From the human T2T-CHM13v2.0 reference genome, Homo sapiens, in assembly GCF_009914755.1 (NCBI RefSeq), contig NC_060934.1: DNA of 64,000 nucleotides; one strand, 5' to 3'. A model generated the notes under the pieces. The model saw nothing but the letters and a program-made list of their open reading frames with translations. It had not been told where the DNA came from and did not search any database. Positions 28,795 through 42,874 of the stretch are shown piece by piece. Position 1 is the stretch's first letter; every line of letters begins with the position of its first letter. Both the position numbers and the translations under genes were made by a program.

Positions 28795-29645
28795 TTTCAG
28801 TTGGGATTCTTATAACACAGCAAACTCTGGCTAAGTTAACTACAAAAGGAATTTATTCAAAGAAAATCAGGTATCTCACGGAACAGATGGGTCGGAGCAG
28901 CAGAGTTAGGCAAGGATAGGGACCAGGGCAGTTCTAGAATTTAAGTAGTGGAAAATATTCAATCAGATGATAAGGATACAGCCATAAGGAAAAATAAGCT
29001 TCACGTTCTTTCTTTTTTTCACTCTTGATTCCACATGAAGCTTAAGATTTAAAGTCCCAGAAATTAAAGAGTCTTATTGGCATGGCTTGAATTACATGAG
29101 TCTCCCTTGGCTATGAGGGAGCGTATTAATCAGTATTCTTGGTTACAAAACAAAGCTCCTCTAGGTAGTTCAAACAGAAAATAAATTTAATAGAGGAAGT
29201 TAATATCTTACAGAATCTCTAGGATGGCCAGAGCCTCAGGTTTGAAAGCTTAAGAGCCGGGAGCTATGCACGAACTACACCAGCACTGTTCTAGGGAAGA
29301 TGCCAATGCTGCTGGGACTTGCAGAAATCATGGAACCACTTACACTAGATGGTGGATGTCAGACAACTAGCACTTGCTGTCTCTAAAAGCCAGGAACCCC
29401 TACTTCCCCTTTAGTCCAAAAGAGGATTCTGTGTGCCACTTCCTTATCACATTGTTCTCAATCAAATCAAACTCTCATGAAGGTCAATCAAATGATGATG
29501 CATAAATGGGAAGTTTATGCCTCAGCAGTAAGGAGGCCTGAGACAGTGAGTTCTGGCGGCTCTCCCAAGGAGGCAGTGCTCTAGCCCAGGAATTATCACC
29601 AAGATTAAAGTTATTCAAAAGATGCTAGGTGACCGCCAGACACAT
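28795..29645 (-). mobile_element. Two old MaLR/ERVL-type LTR remnants
   Basis: Two starts of the type cagttgggattctt...aaaaggaatttatt (28798) and aatcagtattcttggttacaaaac...aaatttaat (29127). Confidence 0.45.
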
Positions 29646-30977
29646 CTCTCTGCATCACGTGAGGGTATGGACCTTGTCAAATCACCAAAGACACAATGAT
29701 GGGAAATTCATAATTATCAAAAGGAATCTAGGGCTCTGTTACAAGGAGAACAGGTGCTCTGTTGGTCAAAAAATAGCAAATATGGACTGTATAGGATATT
29801 ACCATTTGATATAATGTCAGAGTTTGTCTAGTCCAACTTCCTTCCATATGAATGGATGTTTCTCTAATTGTTAACTTTCTGAAGCTCAGGGAATCCTTGG
29901 GAATAATGCAATTTATGGATCCCCTCTTAAGAAAAGTACAGATACCCTTACAGGTGTTTTTTGTTTATTTTGAAAAAATGAAAATGCCTGTTTATTGGTG
30001 AATCCAAAGACCCGATTTTGTCACATGCTCTGAATTTAAAGGCCAAGCAATTTGAATATCTGGTACTTTCCTACTGGTTTTCTGATGTTCTTAAACTCTA
30101 TATAGGTTAATGCCATTGTCTTTAATACACACTTTGGCATAGTTTACCTAATTTTGTTAGGCATTTAGAAATATTAAATAAAATAAATAATAATTAAATA
30201 ATTAAATTATAAATACAAATTAAATATATGGCTTGAGCCCATATTTCCTTTATTTTGACCCATTTTTTTCTTTTAAGTCTAGTGTGAGATTTTTAATAAA
30301 ATCCTATATAGCTGGTTCCTTCTATGTATTAAAAATGATAGTTAACATTTATTGAGTGCACTCTTCCAACTGGAGAAAGGTAGCCAGGCCATCCCTTAAA
30401 TGAGTAATACCTACATAGCCTCACTGCTGGAGAAATCACAAAAGAATGAAAGGTATTACTTTTCCCTTCCTTTTTTCACTCTGCTTGGGTATAGGAGAGA
30501 GGGGAGAGTGTGGTACAGGGGTTTTAACATCCTTCCTGTTTGAGGGACGAAGAAGCAGAAATTGGCCAAGTGCCCGAAACCTGAGTTCCCCCAGGTTTTC
30601 ATTTACAAGAGTTAGCCTAAGAGGAGAGGTTTCTCCAGTGATGCTGCCGGAGGCAGACATGGTCCTTCTTGGGGAGGGAAGGAAGGTCTAGATAGGGGAA
30701 AATAGAGATGATTGAGAAGAGTGGTTTTCATAAAGGGCCAGGGCCTGTGCACAATTCTAATGAAGCTGGATACATGTCCTAGAGAGAGCGGTTGCTGATA
30801 ACTGATGTCTGAGAAGCTGGGGTAAGGTGTCTACTCCTCTTGCCATAAGGAAAACAGAACCACAAGTTTTGGCCAGGACTTCTCATTGGTGTTGTTGAGT
30901 GGAAGACCTAAAAGTTTCTTCTATTTTCTGACGCCTTTTATGTTTAGAACTTTCATATGTCCTATGGGGGAAAGAAA

Positions 30978-31385
30978 CCAGTGCTATCTTGGAGCCAGTC
31001 ATACTGGCTCAGGAGAGCCCATGTTAAATTTTCAGGAATTTCATGAACCAGTTGTTGTACACAGCCATTATTAAAAATTAAATCATATAAATTTACAATG
31101 AAATAGGTTATATTAACTACAAAATCAATAAATACATAAAACTCATCACTTCCTAAGTACTTGACTACATTTTACTGTTACCTGTGTTCTTGGTGTGATT
31201 TACTGTATCTGAATGGTGGTAACACTATAATGGGGTGCTACTGAACATTTTTTGGCAACTCCATGTGCAGTGAGGTCACTTTGGTGGCTTGATATCAGCT
31301 TCGGTGGGAGTATTTAGACCAAAATATTGACGAACCTTATGTATCAGGATTTGATTTATTGTTCTAGATAAGAAGTCAGAAAACT
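30978..31385. mobile_element. MER63 (hAT-Blackjack) DNA transposon fragment
   Basis: ccagtg...gttaaattttcaggaattt...acacagccattattaaaaattaaat...aaaactcatcacttcctaa matches MER63. Confidence 0.85.
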
Positions 31386-31434
31386 ATGGAGCACAGGCCA
31401 GATCCATCCCACTACCAGTTCTTCTTTCTCTCTA

Positions 31435-32610
31435 ATTTTCTTTCTTGTGGAAAAATACACATAACATCTTAACCATTGTTAAATGTACAGTTCAGTGGTC
31501 TTAAGTACATTCATATTGTAGCGTAACCATCACCATTCTTCATCTCTAGAACTCTTTTCATCTTGCAAAACTGAAAGTCTACACTCATTAACTAGTAACT
31601 CCCATTTCCCTTACTCCAGCCCCTCCAAAACACCATTCTACTTTCTGTCTCTATGATTTTGACTACTTTAAGTACCTCATGTAAGTAGAATTATACAATA
31701 TTTGTCTTTTTGTGTCTGGATTATTTCACTTAGCATAATATCCTCAAGTTTCCTCTAGGCTGTAGCATACGTCAGAATTTCTGTCCTTTTTAAGGCTGAA
31801 TAATATTTGATTGTATGTCTATTACATTTTGCTTATCCATTCATTTTTTGATAAACCTTTGGGTTGCTTCCACATTTGGGCTATTGTGAATAATGCTGCT
31901 ATAAAAATGGGTATACAAATATCTCTTTGAGACCCTGCTTTCAATTCTTTTGGATATAAACCCAGAAGGAAATTGCTTAATCATCTGTAATTTTATATTC
32001 AATTTTTTGAGAAACTGCCATACTGTTTTTCATTATACAGTGGCTGTACCATTTTACATTTCCATCAACAGTACACAATGGTTCCCAATCTCTCCATGTG
32101 CCCACAACACTTGTTATTTTATGGTTTTTTTTTTGTTTTTTTTTTTGTGTGTGTGCATGTGTGTATGTGTTTATAATAGCTATCTTAATGGATGTGAGGT
32201 GGTATATCATTGTAGTTTTGACTTGCATTTCCCTAATAATTAATGATATTAGGCATCTTTTCACTTACTTATTGGCCACTTTTATTTATACTTTGGAGAA
32301 ATATCTATTCAATTCCTTGGCCTATTTTCAAATCGGGTTATTTGTTGCTTTCTTGTTGAGTTTTAAGAATTATCTATATATTCTGGATATCTATCCCTTA
32401 TCAGATATTTGATTTGTAAATATTTTCTCCTATTCTCTGTGTTGTCTTCTTACTCTGCTGATAATGTCTTTTGATGCACAATATTTTAAAATTTTTATGA
32501 AATCCAATTTGTATTTTTCTTTTGTTTTCTGTGCCTTTAGTGTCATATCTAAGAAATAACGGCCAAATTCAAGGTCATGAATATTTTGCTGTATGTTTTC
32601 TTATAAGTTT
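31435..32610 (-). mobile_element. L1MB-type 3' end (3' UTR and ORF2 C-terminus)
   Basis: aaatgtacagttcagtgg...ttttcatcttgcaaaactgaaa; ORF 31977-32264 is the L1 ORF2 C-terminus. Confidence 0.88.
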
Positions 32611-32781
32611 TAACTCAGAAAACAAGGATGTCACCTCTTTGAGTCAAGGATGAGGATGCAAGAAGAATCATAGAATGAAAGAGAATCTAAAATGGGAATT
32701 AACATATATTCCATTGATGGAAAATTGTCCTGACAGTAGTTAGCTGCCTGGACCTCTCTGAGTGTTGCACACACTGAGGGT

Positions 32782-33264
32782 TGTTGTAGGCTGAATAATG
32801 CCTTCCAACAATATCAAGTCCTGATATCTGGAGCTTGTGAATGTTTCCTTACATAGAAAAATAATCTTTTCAGATGAGATTAACTTAAGACTGCTCAGTT
32901 GAGGAGATTATCCTGGATTATTTTGGTGGGTCCTAAATGCAATCACAAGTGTCATTATAAGACAGGCATAGAGAGATTTGACACAGACAGAGAGGAAAAG
33001 ACAATGTGACCATGGAGGCAGAGATTGGAGTGATGCAGCCACAAGCCAAAGAATGACAGCAGTCACCAGAGGCAGAAAAGACAAAGGACGAATCTTCCCC
33101 TAGAGACTTTGGAGGGGATGTGACACTGCCAACATCTCAATGTCTGCCAAATGAAACTGATTTTTAGACACCTGGCCTCCAGAGCTGTGAGAAAATAAAT
33201 TGCTGTTTTTTGAAGCTACCAATTTCGTAGTGAGTTGTTATAGCAGCCCTATGAAGTCAATACA
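32782..33264 (+). mobile_element. MLT1C/D MaLR LTR
   Basis: tgttgtaggctgaataatg...gagattatcctggattat...ggcagagattggagtgatgc...gcagccctatgaagtcaataca. Confidence 0.9.
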
Positions 33265-33774
33265 GAGCTCAACATTTGCATTTGCATCAGGAATATCTGA
33301 AGGTCAGCAGTGGCCATTGGCAGAAAGCCTGATGAGGCAATGCACATGCTGTTGAGCCCAGGCCTAGCCATGGCCATTTGTTTATGAGTCTATTGAATGA
33401 TCACCTAAGTGTGTAAGGATGAAGACTCACTGACACTCACAGAACACATCATTATATGGGGAGTATCACAAGAAACACATCTATTCTTACTCTTTAGAGA
33501 AATGGCAAGAGATTCATCTACATTCCTTTCTTCCAACCCTTCACATCTTGTTCTTCCATGTCTTTGACTGCTCTGAGCAAACCACCACTGCTCATGAATC
33601 AGTGTGGATTCTTATCTGAAGTTGTCCATTCAGGAAAAGGAGAAAACAGAAAGCATCACCAGATCCTGCTCAATGGGCATTTATAATGTACTCACTATCC
33701 TTTAGAGCTACCCAGGAATGAATCTGTAATCCCGCCATGGCACTTCCAATGGGGCCATCTTATTGTGTTGAGTA

Positions 33775-33998
33775 TGAACTGGAAAACTATAGCCATGGGC
33801 CAAATATGGCTGGTGGCCTGTTTTGTATGGCCAATGAGCTAGGAATGATTTTTATATTTAAAGGGCTGTAAAAAAACCCATAAAACCAAACTAAAGAAAA
33901 CAAAAATAAAAATAAATAATATGTGACAGACTGTATGTGGCCTGCAAAGCTTAAAATATTTACTCTGACTCTTTACAAAAAATGTTTGCTGATTCCTG
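33775..33998. mobile_element. MER58A (hAT-Charlie MITE)
   Basis: aaactatagccatgggccaaat...tgtggcctgcaaagcttaaaatatttact...tttgctgattcctg. Confidence 0.85.
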
Positions 33999-34164
33999 AT
34001 GCACAGCAATCTGCAAAGCAGGCTCCTTTTAAAAAATCCTGACTAAACTGATTATAAGGTACTTTGAGCTTCATTAGATTAACTAGGTCCTAAGGGTTGA
34101 GAGGCAAAAATCTGCTCCATAGGTTGGACTATCCAGAAATCTTTATTTTGCTCTGATATCCAAA

Positions 34165-34978
34165 GTGATAGGAAGCCTCTAAAATGGCTTCTAATAATCT
34201 CTCACTTCCAGTATTCACTCTTTCCCTTAAGTAATCCCCTCCCCTTGGTTGTGGGCTGGACCTAATACCTCACTTTCTAGTAAGAAAAGCAAACAAACAA
34301 ACAAATAAACAAAGAAACAAAACCAGAGAGAAAGGCAGCTCAAGTGATGGAATATTACTTCCAAAGTTAGGGTACAAAAAAAGTTCTGGGTAAAGAAAGT
34401 TACCATGTTGTGAATAGCAACATATAGAAGCACCTGTAGCCAATATGTGGCCAATAGCCAGTGAGCTTGAAAGACAAACTTCTGAGGCTTGCAAACAGCC
34501 TCATGAATGAGCTTTTAAGAAAATCAGCACCGCATGTTCTCACTCATAGGTGGGAATTGAATAATGAGAATACATGGACACAGGAAGGGGAACATCACAC
34601 ACAGGGGCCTGTTGTGGGGTGGGGGGAGGGGGGAGGGATAGCATTAGGAGATATACCTAATGTTAAATGATGAGTTGATGGGTGCAGCACACCCATCATA
34701 CATGGCACATGTATACATATGTAACTAACCTGCACATTGTGCAAAGTACCCTAAAACTTGAAGTATAATAAAAAAAAAAAGAAAATCATCCCCAAGTTGA
34801 ACTTTGCAGCCCCACCAAACACCTTGATTGCCCCCTTATGAGAGACCCTAAACAAAAGGACCCAAGGAAGAGGTTCCTGGATTTCTGACTCACAGAAACA
34901 ATAAGAAAATAAATTTTTATTGTCCTAAGGTCTTAAGTTTGGGGCTAATTGGTTATGCAGCAGTACATAACTAATAGA
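34165..34978 (+). mobile_element. MLT1E/F MaLR LTR, interrupted by a short L1PA
   Basis: gcctctaaaatggcttc...gtaatcccctccccttg...tgtgggctggacct...ttatgcagcagtacataactaata. Confidence 0.82.
34527..34780 (+). mobile_element. Very short young L1PA (about PA3-PA5) 3' end with perfect TSD
   Basis: L1PA 3' UTR with G-rich tract and poly(A); TSD aagaaaatca at 34517-34526 and 34779-34788, preceded by tttt (endonuclease site TT/AAGA). Confidence 0.96.
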
Positions 34979-35828
34979 TTAAATTAAAGATGGAAGTCTT
35001 TGAGGTAATTTGCTCAAAGGAACCCAAATTTGTTGTATGTTGCTTCTGAACTTCAAAGAGACTACCCAATATTCTGTTTCTTTCTTAGAAGAAGGAAGTG
35101 CAAAGAAGAGCAAAATTTCCTTCATTGTGTAGGGATATTGCAACATACTCAGACAGTGGACCCACTGGAATTGCATTGAGTTGACAAGCCTTTTTCATTT
35201 TTGTAAGACAATTTCTTATGTTCTAGCAATATGCATCTTACCAAAACATCTATAGAACTTGTTGCTTCTGACTGCAGGTCCTAGCTATATGCTGTTATTA
35301 ACATGGTGGATAAATACGTTATTGTACATGATTGAGACATGGTTGAAATGAAATGCCTGCAACCTAAACAGTGGCACTTTGCCAAAGAATTGACATAATC
35401 TTGTAGCAAGGTGATGAAGTCCTGCTAACTCTTCCAGGTGAATGCAAATGAATTCTGTTTGTTTGTTTGTTTGTTTATTGGGGTAGAGAAAGAAAATCAT
35501 CAGCTAAACTAGTTGCTGCATTTTTGTGTGCTGGGAGTCATATTGGTTTATTCCAAGAAATATGTTAAACCTGGAACAGTAGCTACAATTTTTCTCTCAA
35601 GTGATAGATTATGATAAATGATTGTCATTTTCCAAGATTCTTCTCTTTTTGATTGAAAATAAATTACATTTATATCTATATCTATATATCTATATATATG
35701 TATTGCTATAACCACTGTACTTCAGCTAACCTATTGAAAGAAAATGCCTGGTCAATGCACACATATTTATTGGTTTGGCCTGATATGAATGGAACAGGGA
35801 TTTAACATGCTCAGTATTTTCACTTTTA

Positions 35829-36330
<502 letters not shown>

Positions 36331-36460
36331 TCTACAGAAAATTAGCTGAGCATGGTGAGATTGCAGTGGGCCGAGATTATGCCACTGCACTCCAGCCAGG
36401 GTGACAGAGTGAGACTCCATCTCAAAAAAAAAAAAAAAAAAAGAAAGAAAGAAACAAAGG
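36331..36460 (+). mobile_element. Alu right-arm fragment with internal deletion
   Basis: aaaattagctgagcatggtg|agattgcagtg...gagactccatctc plus an A-rich tail. Confidence 0.85.
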
Positions 36461-37059
36461 AAAGAATATTTTCCAGATGATGTCATTTTAGCCCCAAACT
36501 GAGATAATATACAAGCCAAAAATTATTATACACAACCCAGAATGTTATTTACAAATATATAAAACACATTTTACATATTTGTTGTAAAAGACATTACCTT
36601 TTTAGTAAAAAAAAAGAATATTTACTATTATCAAATTAAAAACTGAAGATGTAAAGATCAGGCAGCATCTACTGTGATGTACTAATGGTCTGAGTAGCCT
36701 CGTGTGGCTAGAATTAAGGGTTATATTTGAAATAGTGGGAGATATGCACGAGCTGGTGGTGAGGCCAGATGGTTGATCATAGCAAAGCCCACCATGATCA
36801 TCATGTATTCCAGTCTTTAAAAGCACTGTTGTTTTCCATCTCTATATTTGTTCATTTCTTCTTAAATTTTAGACCTAGCTACTGTGACACTTAAAAAGAA
36901 TATTGTAGCTAATTTAATTTATTCGCATGTAAAACAGGAAGCATTCCTACATATTTGACTTAAATAATATTCACAGAGTGAGACTATTTGTGAATCCTAA
37001 GAAATGTTTTGGGAAGAGATTCTGTATGTGATTCTCTCTCCTTCATGGTCAATAGAAAA

Positions 37060-37255
37060 GGATTCAACAGGTCTGGGTTTGTGTTCTAATTCTGCTTGTA
37101 GCTAGATGCATAGAATGTCAGATTTCTTAATGTCTCACACTGGCAGTTTTTAAAACAAATCTGATGAATTTATGAATATCTGTTAAAATTTTGAAAGGCC
37201 AAATGGGATTGTATATGGGAAATGTCTTATGAGCTTGTGTCATATATATGTTATG
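37060..37255 (+). mobile_element. MIR remnant
   Basis: tctgggtttgtgttctaattctgc...tagctag...cagtttttaaaac follows MIR sense order. Confidence 0.45.
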
Positions 37256-37544
37256 AAATAACGTTGATGTTACAGGTAATAAAATTCTTTTCTAAAATCC
37301 AGTTTATTGACTACATTTGGGTTTCTAGTAACCATAGAATATCTAGGTGATACTGAAACCATTTTTAATTTTCTTTTTTCATCAATATGTTCATTCATCA
37401 TCCAGTTGATCAATCATTCAATGTTTCATTTATTCATTAAAATTATTTATGTGGTGCCTACAGAAGACAAGAGACAATTGTTCAATTTAGATAACTATTT
37501 AAAGATGTATTACAGAGCATTTCTGGAAAAAGATTAAGGGGGAG

Positions 37545-37695
37545 AGAAGAGGCCTGGATACCAGTTTAGCTCAGCTGCTAAGTTGCTTTCTGATCTTAGT
37601 TTCTTAACTGTTTTCTAAAGCTGTTTCCTTAGTTAAAATGAGAGACAGTGTTAACCTAAATAATCTCTAAGACGCCTCTCATCTCTGATATTCTC
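37545..37695 (+). mobile_element. MIR/MIR3 remnant
   Basis: ctgtttccttagttaaaatgag...aataatctctaag...ctctgatattct. Confidence 0.5.
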
Positions 37696-38161
37696 TGAGC
37701 CTGCAGAGCGGTAGTCACCTGATTTCAGAAGTGCCTTTTCCCAAGTGGCTGCCACTTTACGCCCCTGTCCATAACCAGAGCCTAAGATGCTGGGAGGAGA
37801 CAATAGAGGGAGGCAGTGCTAAGCTCCACCAAGACTCAGAGCATATTTCTGGTGGAAAACATGTTGATGAAAGGTCAAAGAACAGGAGGAGATGAAAGAG
37901 AAGAAATGGAAAAGCAGACAGCTGAGAGTCTTGCTTCCTTAACCTTGAAAGGGAACATAAGGTCCTCGTTTAAACAATCCTTCTTCTTTAATCACCCACA
38001 CCCTGTTGAATCCAGCACTCCAAGCATGCCAGCACCCACCATGTAGCCAGCCTTCTGTGCTTCCCCACGCAGAATCTCTAACTTCCCACTCACAGCTGTT
38101 CCCCATCGTGCCTCCCATCTTTCAACACAAGCCTGTTTGCCCAAGGCAGGGTGCCTTAGAT

Positions 38162-38352
38162 CAATGATTTTCTGATCACAGCATCCAACAGAATCATCTG
38201 TCAAGCTTGTTAAGCATACTGATTCATGGGCCCAGTCCCCAGATATTCTGAAGTGGTGGGTTTGGGGTGATGTCCTGGAAACTGAATGTTTGACACACAC
38301 AGGAGGACTCTGATGTAGCTGGCCCTTGAGCTATACTCTGAGAAGTGCAACC
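38162..38352. mobile_element. MER5-like hAT MITE
   Basis: caatgattttct...cagaatcatctg...gcttgttaa...gggcccagtccccagatattctga...actctgagaa. Confidence 0.7.
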
Positions 38353-39179
38353 TCAAATCAACTGCCCAGGAGTTCTTTGACTGCGCAAGAAAACCCTCAG
38401 CTTTTCAAAATGTGTTTGTAAAATCACTACTTGTGAGTCCTTTCCCTCAGTGGAAAGATGCTATTTCTATTTTTAAAATCTTCTATTTTTATTTGGCAAC
38501 TCGTTCTATCCTAAAGTTTTACAAGCTGCTATATAAATGCAGTATTATATGCATGTCTATATATAGTTATACATATATAGAAATAATATACACCCTCCCT
38601 GAACATTCTATTTATAGTTTAGAAATGTAACATGTATCTATTTATACAAAAGTGTCTGCCTGTGCTCACATGTGCTACACATGGGAAATTTAAACTTAAT
38701 AATAAACTTTTATTGAAAATGTATTATATAGATATATAGAGCATTTTATCTGTGGTGTGCACAGGTATATATTTATAGGAAGTTAATAGTTATTGTTTAT
38801 TTGATGTATAATATCCATCACTTTCTAATTGATTGATGATATTTAACTAATAATCCACTGTGCTGCTAATGACTACAGGAAGGAAGAAACTATGGAAAGA
38901 AGAAAGGAAATAAAGAGCATGAAGGTAGTGTGCCAGGGACTTTGAGAGATTATATCTCATTGATCAAGTAAACCATTGTACTTAGCCTAAAAAAGCTCCT
39001 CCTTCAGCCGTAGAAAGTAAATATAATAATGCAAGCATTTCTTTTGTAGAAGGATGCACACAGCACTACAGGAGAACAGAAAAAGACAAAATTATATTTT
39101 GGGTGGAAGGCTGGAAGCTTTGTGATGGCTTTACTAAAGTGTGGCCTTTTTGTCTGATCTCTAAGGATGTACACGCCTG

Positions 39180-39830
39180 CATGCCAGGCACTATTCCAAG
39201 CACTAGAATCCAGGGATGAACAGGACCAAATTCGTGCCCCCGTGGAATTCCACCCTTGTAGGGGAAAATAAGATAGGTGAGAGATAGCCTAAAAACAACA
39301 ACAACAACAAAACAATGATCCCGTTTGTTGTAAGTAAACGAGAGAATATAAACAAGGGCTTGAGGGAGAGAAAAATAGTTTTCTTAAGACTGTTGTCCAG
39401 GCTGGAGGGCAGTAGTGCTATCATAGCTCATTGCAGCCTCAGCCTCCTGGGTAGCTGGGACTATGGGTCCATGACACCATATCAGGCTAGAGGACAATAA
39501 TTTTGAGGGTCGAAAAGGTATTCAGTTTACTGGTGAACTAGGCAGGAGATAGATAAAGATGAGTCTTACAAATGAAGGTAAAGTTGTTTTGTTTTCTTTT
39601 CTAAATACCCTTAGAGTTAGTAGTAAGTCATTAACAGAGTTCATGTAGACAGGCACGTGATCAGAGCAGTGGCACCTGAGATGATGGGGGCTTGGACAAA
39701 AGTAGTAGCAATGGAAATGGAAAGAAGTGAGTGGATTCAAAACAGATTTTAAAGAATGGTTGGCGATACTAAAATAGGGAAGAAAAATGTTTAGGGAGAA
39801 AAATCAAGATTTGATGCAATCTTATATTTA
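39180..39830 (-). mobile_element. L2 fragments (more at about 40713-40800)
   Basis: atgccaggcactattccaagcact...; tgagatgatgggggcttggac...agcaatggaaatggaaagaagtgagtggattc. Confidence 0.6.
39389..39490 (-). mobile_element. Old Alu right-arm/FRAM-like fragment
   Basis: ctgttgtccaggctggagggcagtagtgctatcatagctcattgcagcctc...gtagctgggacta. Confidence 0.75.
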
Positions 39831-39894
39831 TGGTGATGTGGCAAACATTTGTCAAACTTCTTGGCTTCTCAGGATATTTTACCCACTTTTTCTA

Positions 39895-40270
39895 TATATA
39901 GCAATCGGGAAGTTCATTCACAAAAATTTCAGTTCTCCTCTTCTTCTGGGGACAGGATAGGGTTGCACTTTCCCGCCCTCTGTAGTTTTAGGCATGGTTA
40001 ATGTGATTTGCTTTGGCAAATAAATTGCGAGTAGAAGTAATGTATGTTATTTCTAGGTGGAAGTTTTAAGATCCCTTTCACAATTTACTATGCCCCCTTT
40101 TTCTGTCTTGGTGATCACATGTTGAGATTGACACCTCTATCAGGTGACATTCCAGAATGTCCCAGATGCACAGAGCACCTTCCATCAGCTCCCTCTCCAC
40201 TTGTTTTAGGACATTGAGATTTTCCGTTGTTGTTACTACAGCATAATCAAGACTGTCTGATTGACATATA
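39895..40270 (+). mobile_element. Old MLT1 (I/J-like) LTR
   Basis: atgtgatttgctttggcaaataaa...gtagaagtaatgtatgttatttct...tgttactacagcataa. Confidence 0.65.
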
Positions 40271-40271
40271 A

Positions 40272-40712
40272 TGTTTAGGGAATTTCCATCTATTTAGGTT
40301 CGGACTTTTCAAGCTAAAAGTCACAACTCTTCCCAGGTTTGCTTGCAGTAGAAGTATGTGAAGTGTATCACGTAGATGTTGACAATCAAATGCTTCTGCA
40401 TGATGTTTGCATCTGAAAGAGATCCATGTGAAGATAGTGATTCTGTTGTGTCCATTAATGGTAGGGGTGAGTATTGGCCTTGGTCCCAGCAGCAGTACCT
40501 GTGGCTAGTGGTGGACCCTGAGGTGCTGCTGCCCTGTGATGGTTATGGCAGATTAGTCCAAATGTTAGTATGTTGCTTATTCCTGAATTTGCAGCTCTCA
40601 TGCCAGGTACTCCGGCTCTCAGAGATTCTATGAGCTACATTATATACTTAATACCTTCCTACCGAAGTAGCTATAGAAGGTTCTGTTTGCCACCATGAAC
40701 CCTCAGTAACAG
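40272..40712 (+). mobile_element. LTR33-like ERVL LTR
   Basis: ttcccaggtttgcttgcag...ccggctctcagagattctatgagctac...gttctgtttgcc. Confidence 0.55.
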
Positions 40713-41149
40713 AGATGCCTATAAAAATATTAATGGAAATGCTGAGTGGACAATTATATATACAAGTTTAGACTTTGGGTCATGAGATATAAATTCTGGT
40801 TAGGTGCTTGATAAAATATTTCAGTGACAAAATTTATAGAAACATGGGGTTAAACAAAAATAAGCTTTAAAAAATTCACTGTTTCTCAAATTTCTTAGTA
40901 TGTAAATGCATATTGTGACTTTCCAGAACATTGAGACCTAGAATTCCTTGAAACAGAGTTTGGGTAATGGAGGTATCCATATATTTTGTTAAGTTTTATG
41001 TTTTAAATTTATAGAATCTGAGAAATAAATACCTTTAGTAGCAAATGATTTGCTGACTGGTCAATTTTACCATGAACCTTGTTGGTATATAGAAATATGT
41101 TAGAGAAAAACTCTATTAAACTGCATATTTTCCCTCAGAGATAGATTCA

Positions 41150-41580
41150 GTGAACCCCACTGAATACAGAGTTTTTATCATCTGTGCTAGACCCCATATG
41201 AGGAACAAGCCTGACTGAAATATGAATTCTCCCGTCAAAGACATTCTAAGTCTCTTAAGAAGGGTTAGACAGGAATAAATATAACATAAAGGAATACTCA
41301 TCTCCAAAAGGCAGTTAGGTAAAGCCCATTGGGAGTTTTGAGTTAGGAGAGAGTCCTCGCAGCTGGAGGTCACCTTTAGTTAGATGACAGGATTTCTGAT
41401 CACCCTCTCCTGCCGTGGCTAGCCCCATCTAGCTTGTAAAGTGGGAGTCTGTTTTAAAGTAACTTGGCTGTCTGCCCCGGTGGAAATTCTCATTTCTCCA
41501 TCAGCCTGTACAATAAACAAATATGCTTTATGTGCTGCTTTTGTGCGTATAGTATCTGTATGAAACATGGCCTTGGGCCT
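41150..41580 (+). mobile_element. Unassigned LTR-like segment
   Basis: LTR-like layout with aataaa (41512) followed by a GT-rich tract; family not recognised. Confidence 0.3.
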
Positions 41581-42806
41581 CTTGAAAATGCAATTATAAA
41601 ATTTTATAGAGGATAATGGTTCCCAGAATGCTGCACCCCATCTTCTTCACTCAAACAAGTTTTATGCACTATATGCAGGTTTAGCAATAATTGACATCTC
41701 CTTGCAGAAATAGATCTAACCCCTGACTATTAAGTATTTTAAAATACAGAATAGAATTGCTGTCGAAAAAATATATTCTTGCCAGAGGCAGCTTTGCAAA
41801 GAAGTGCCACGGTGAGGTTGAGAAAGAAGAGCTGCTCAGGGTGGGGTGACTAGCCATCCGGCCAAGCTTCCACCAGGGGCATTTTTCTAACATTATGATT
41901 TCCTATCCAGGTTGATGGAGTGCCTCCCCCATTTAATCAGGTCTTATTTTCCGCTCTCTAATAGGGTTTTAAATTTTTCTCTAGAGAAGACTTAAAAATT
42001 CTTTATCAAAGTAACTCTTAGATGCTTTATAATTTCTGGTAGAACTGCAAATTTTATCTTAATTTGTTCACTGCTGATTATTGCTACAGTGGAAATATGC
42101 TATTTTTCCCATTTATTATTTTAAAATGTAGTAAAATATACATAACATAAAAGTGATTGTTTTAACCACTTTTAGGTTAAAGTTTAGTGGCATTAGGTAT
42201 TTTTACATTGTTGGACAATCATTACTACTGTCCGTATCCAGAACTTTTGTCATCTTACAAAAATCTGGTTATGGACCCATAAAATAATAGCTCCCTATTC
42301 TGCTCTTCTTTCAGCCTGCGGCAACCACCATTTTACTTTCTGTCTCTATGAATTCAAGTACTCTAAGTACCTCATATAGACCAGAATCATACAATATATG
42401 GCCTCATGTGACAGGTTTATTTTACTTAGCACAATGTCTTTAAGCTTCATAATGTTCTACCATATGTCAGAATTTCCTTACTTTTTAAATTGATTAATAG
42501 TCCATTGTAAGTATACATTTGTTTAGCCATTCATCCATTGATGAACATTTGAATTGCTTCCACCTTTTGGCTATTGGGAATAACACTGCTATGTACATGG
42601 CTGTACAAATATCTGTTTGTGTCTCTGATTCAGATTCCTTTGGGTGTGTACCCCAAAGTGGAATTTGCTGCATCACATGCTAATTATATTTTTGATATTT
42701 TGAGAAATTGCTATGCCGTTTTCTACAGTGGCTATATTGTTTTACATTCCCACCAGCAGTGGACAATTGTTTTGGATTCTCCACATCCTCACCAACACTT
42801 ATTTTC

Positions 42807-42874
42807 CCTTCTCCTTCCTTCCTTCCTTCCTTCCTTCCTTCCTTCCTTCCTTCCTTCCTTCCTTTCTTCCTTCC
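42807..42874. repeat. (CCTT)n tetranucleotide repeat
   Basis: Directly visible. Confidence 0.96.

Noticed and set aside
30430-30900. Moderately GC-rich segment with two ORFs
   Set aside because: Not a CpG island and no recognisable product; possibly an old LTR but not assignable.
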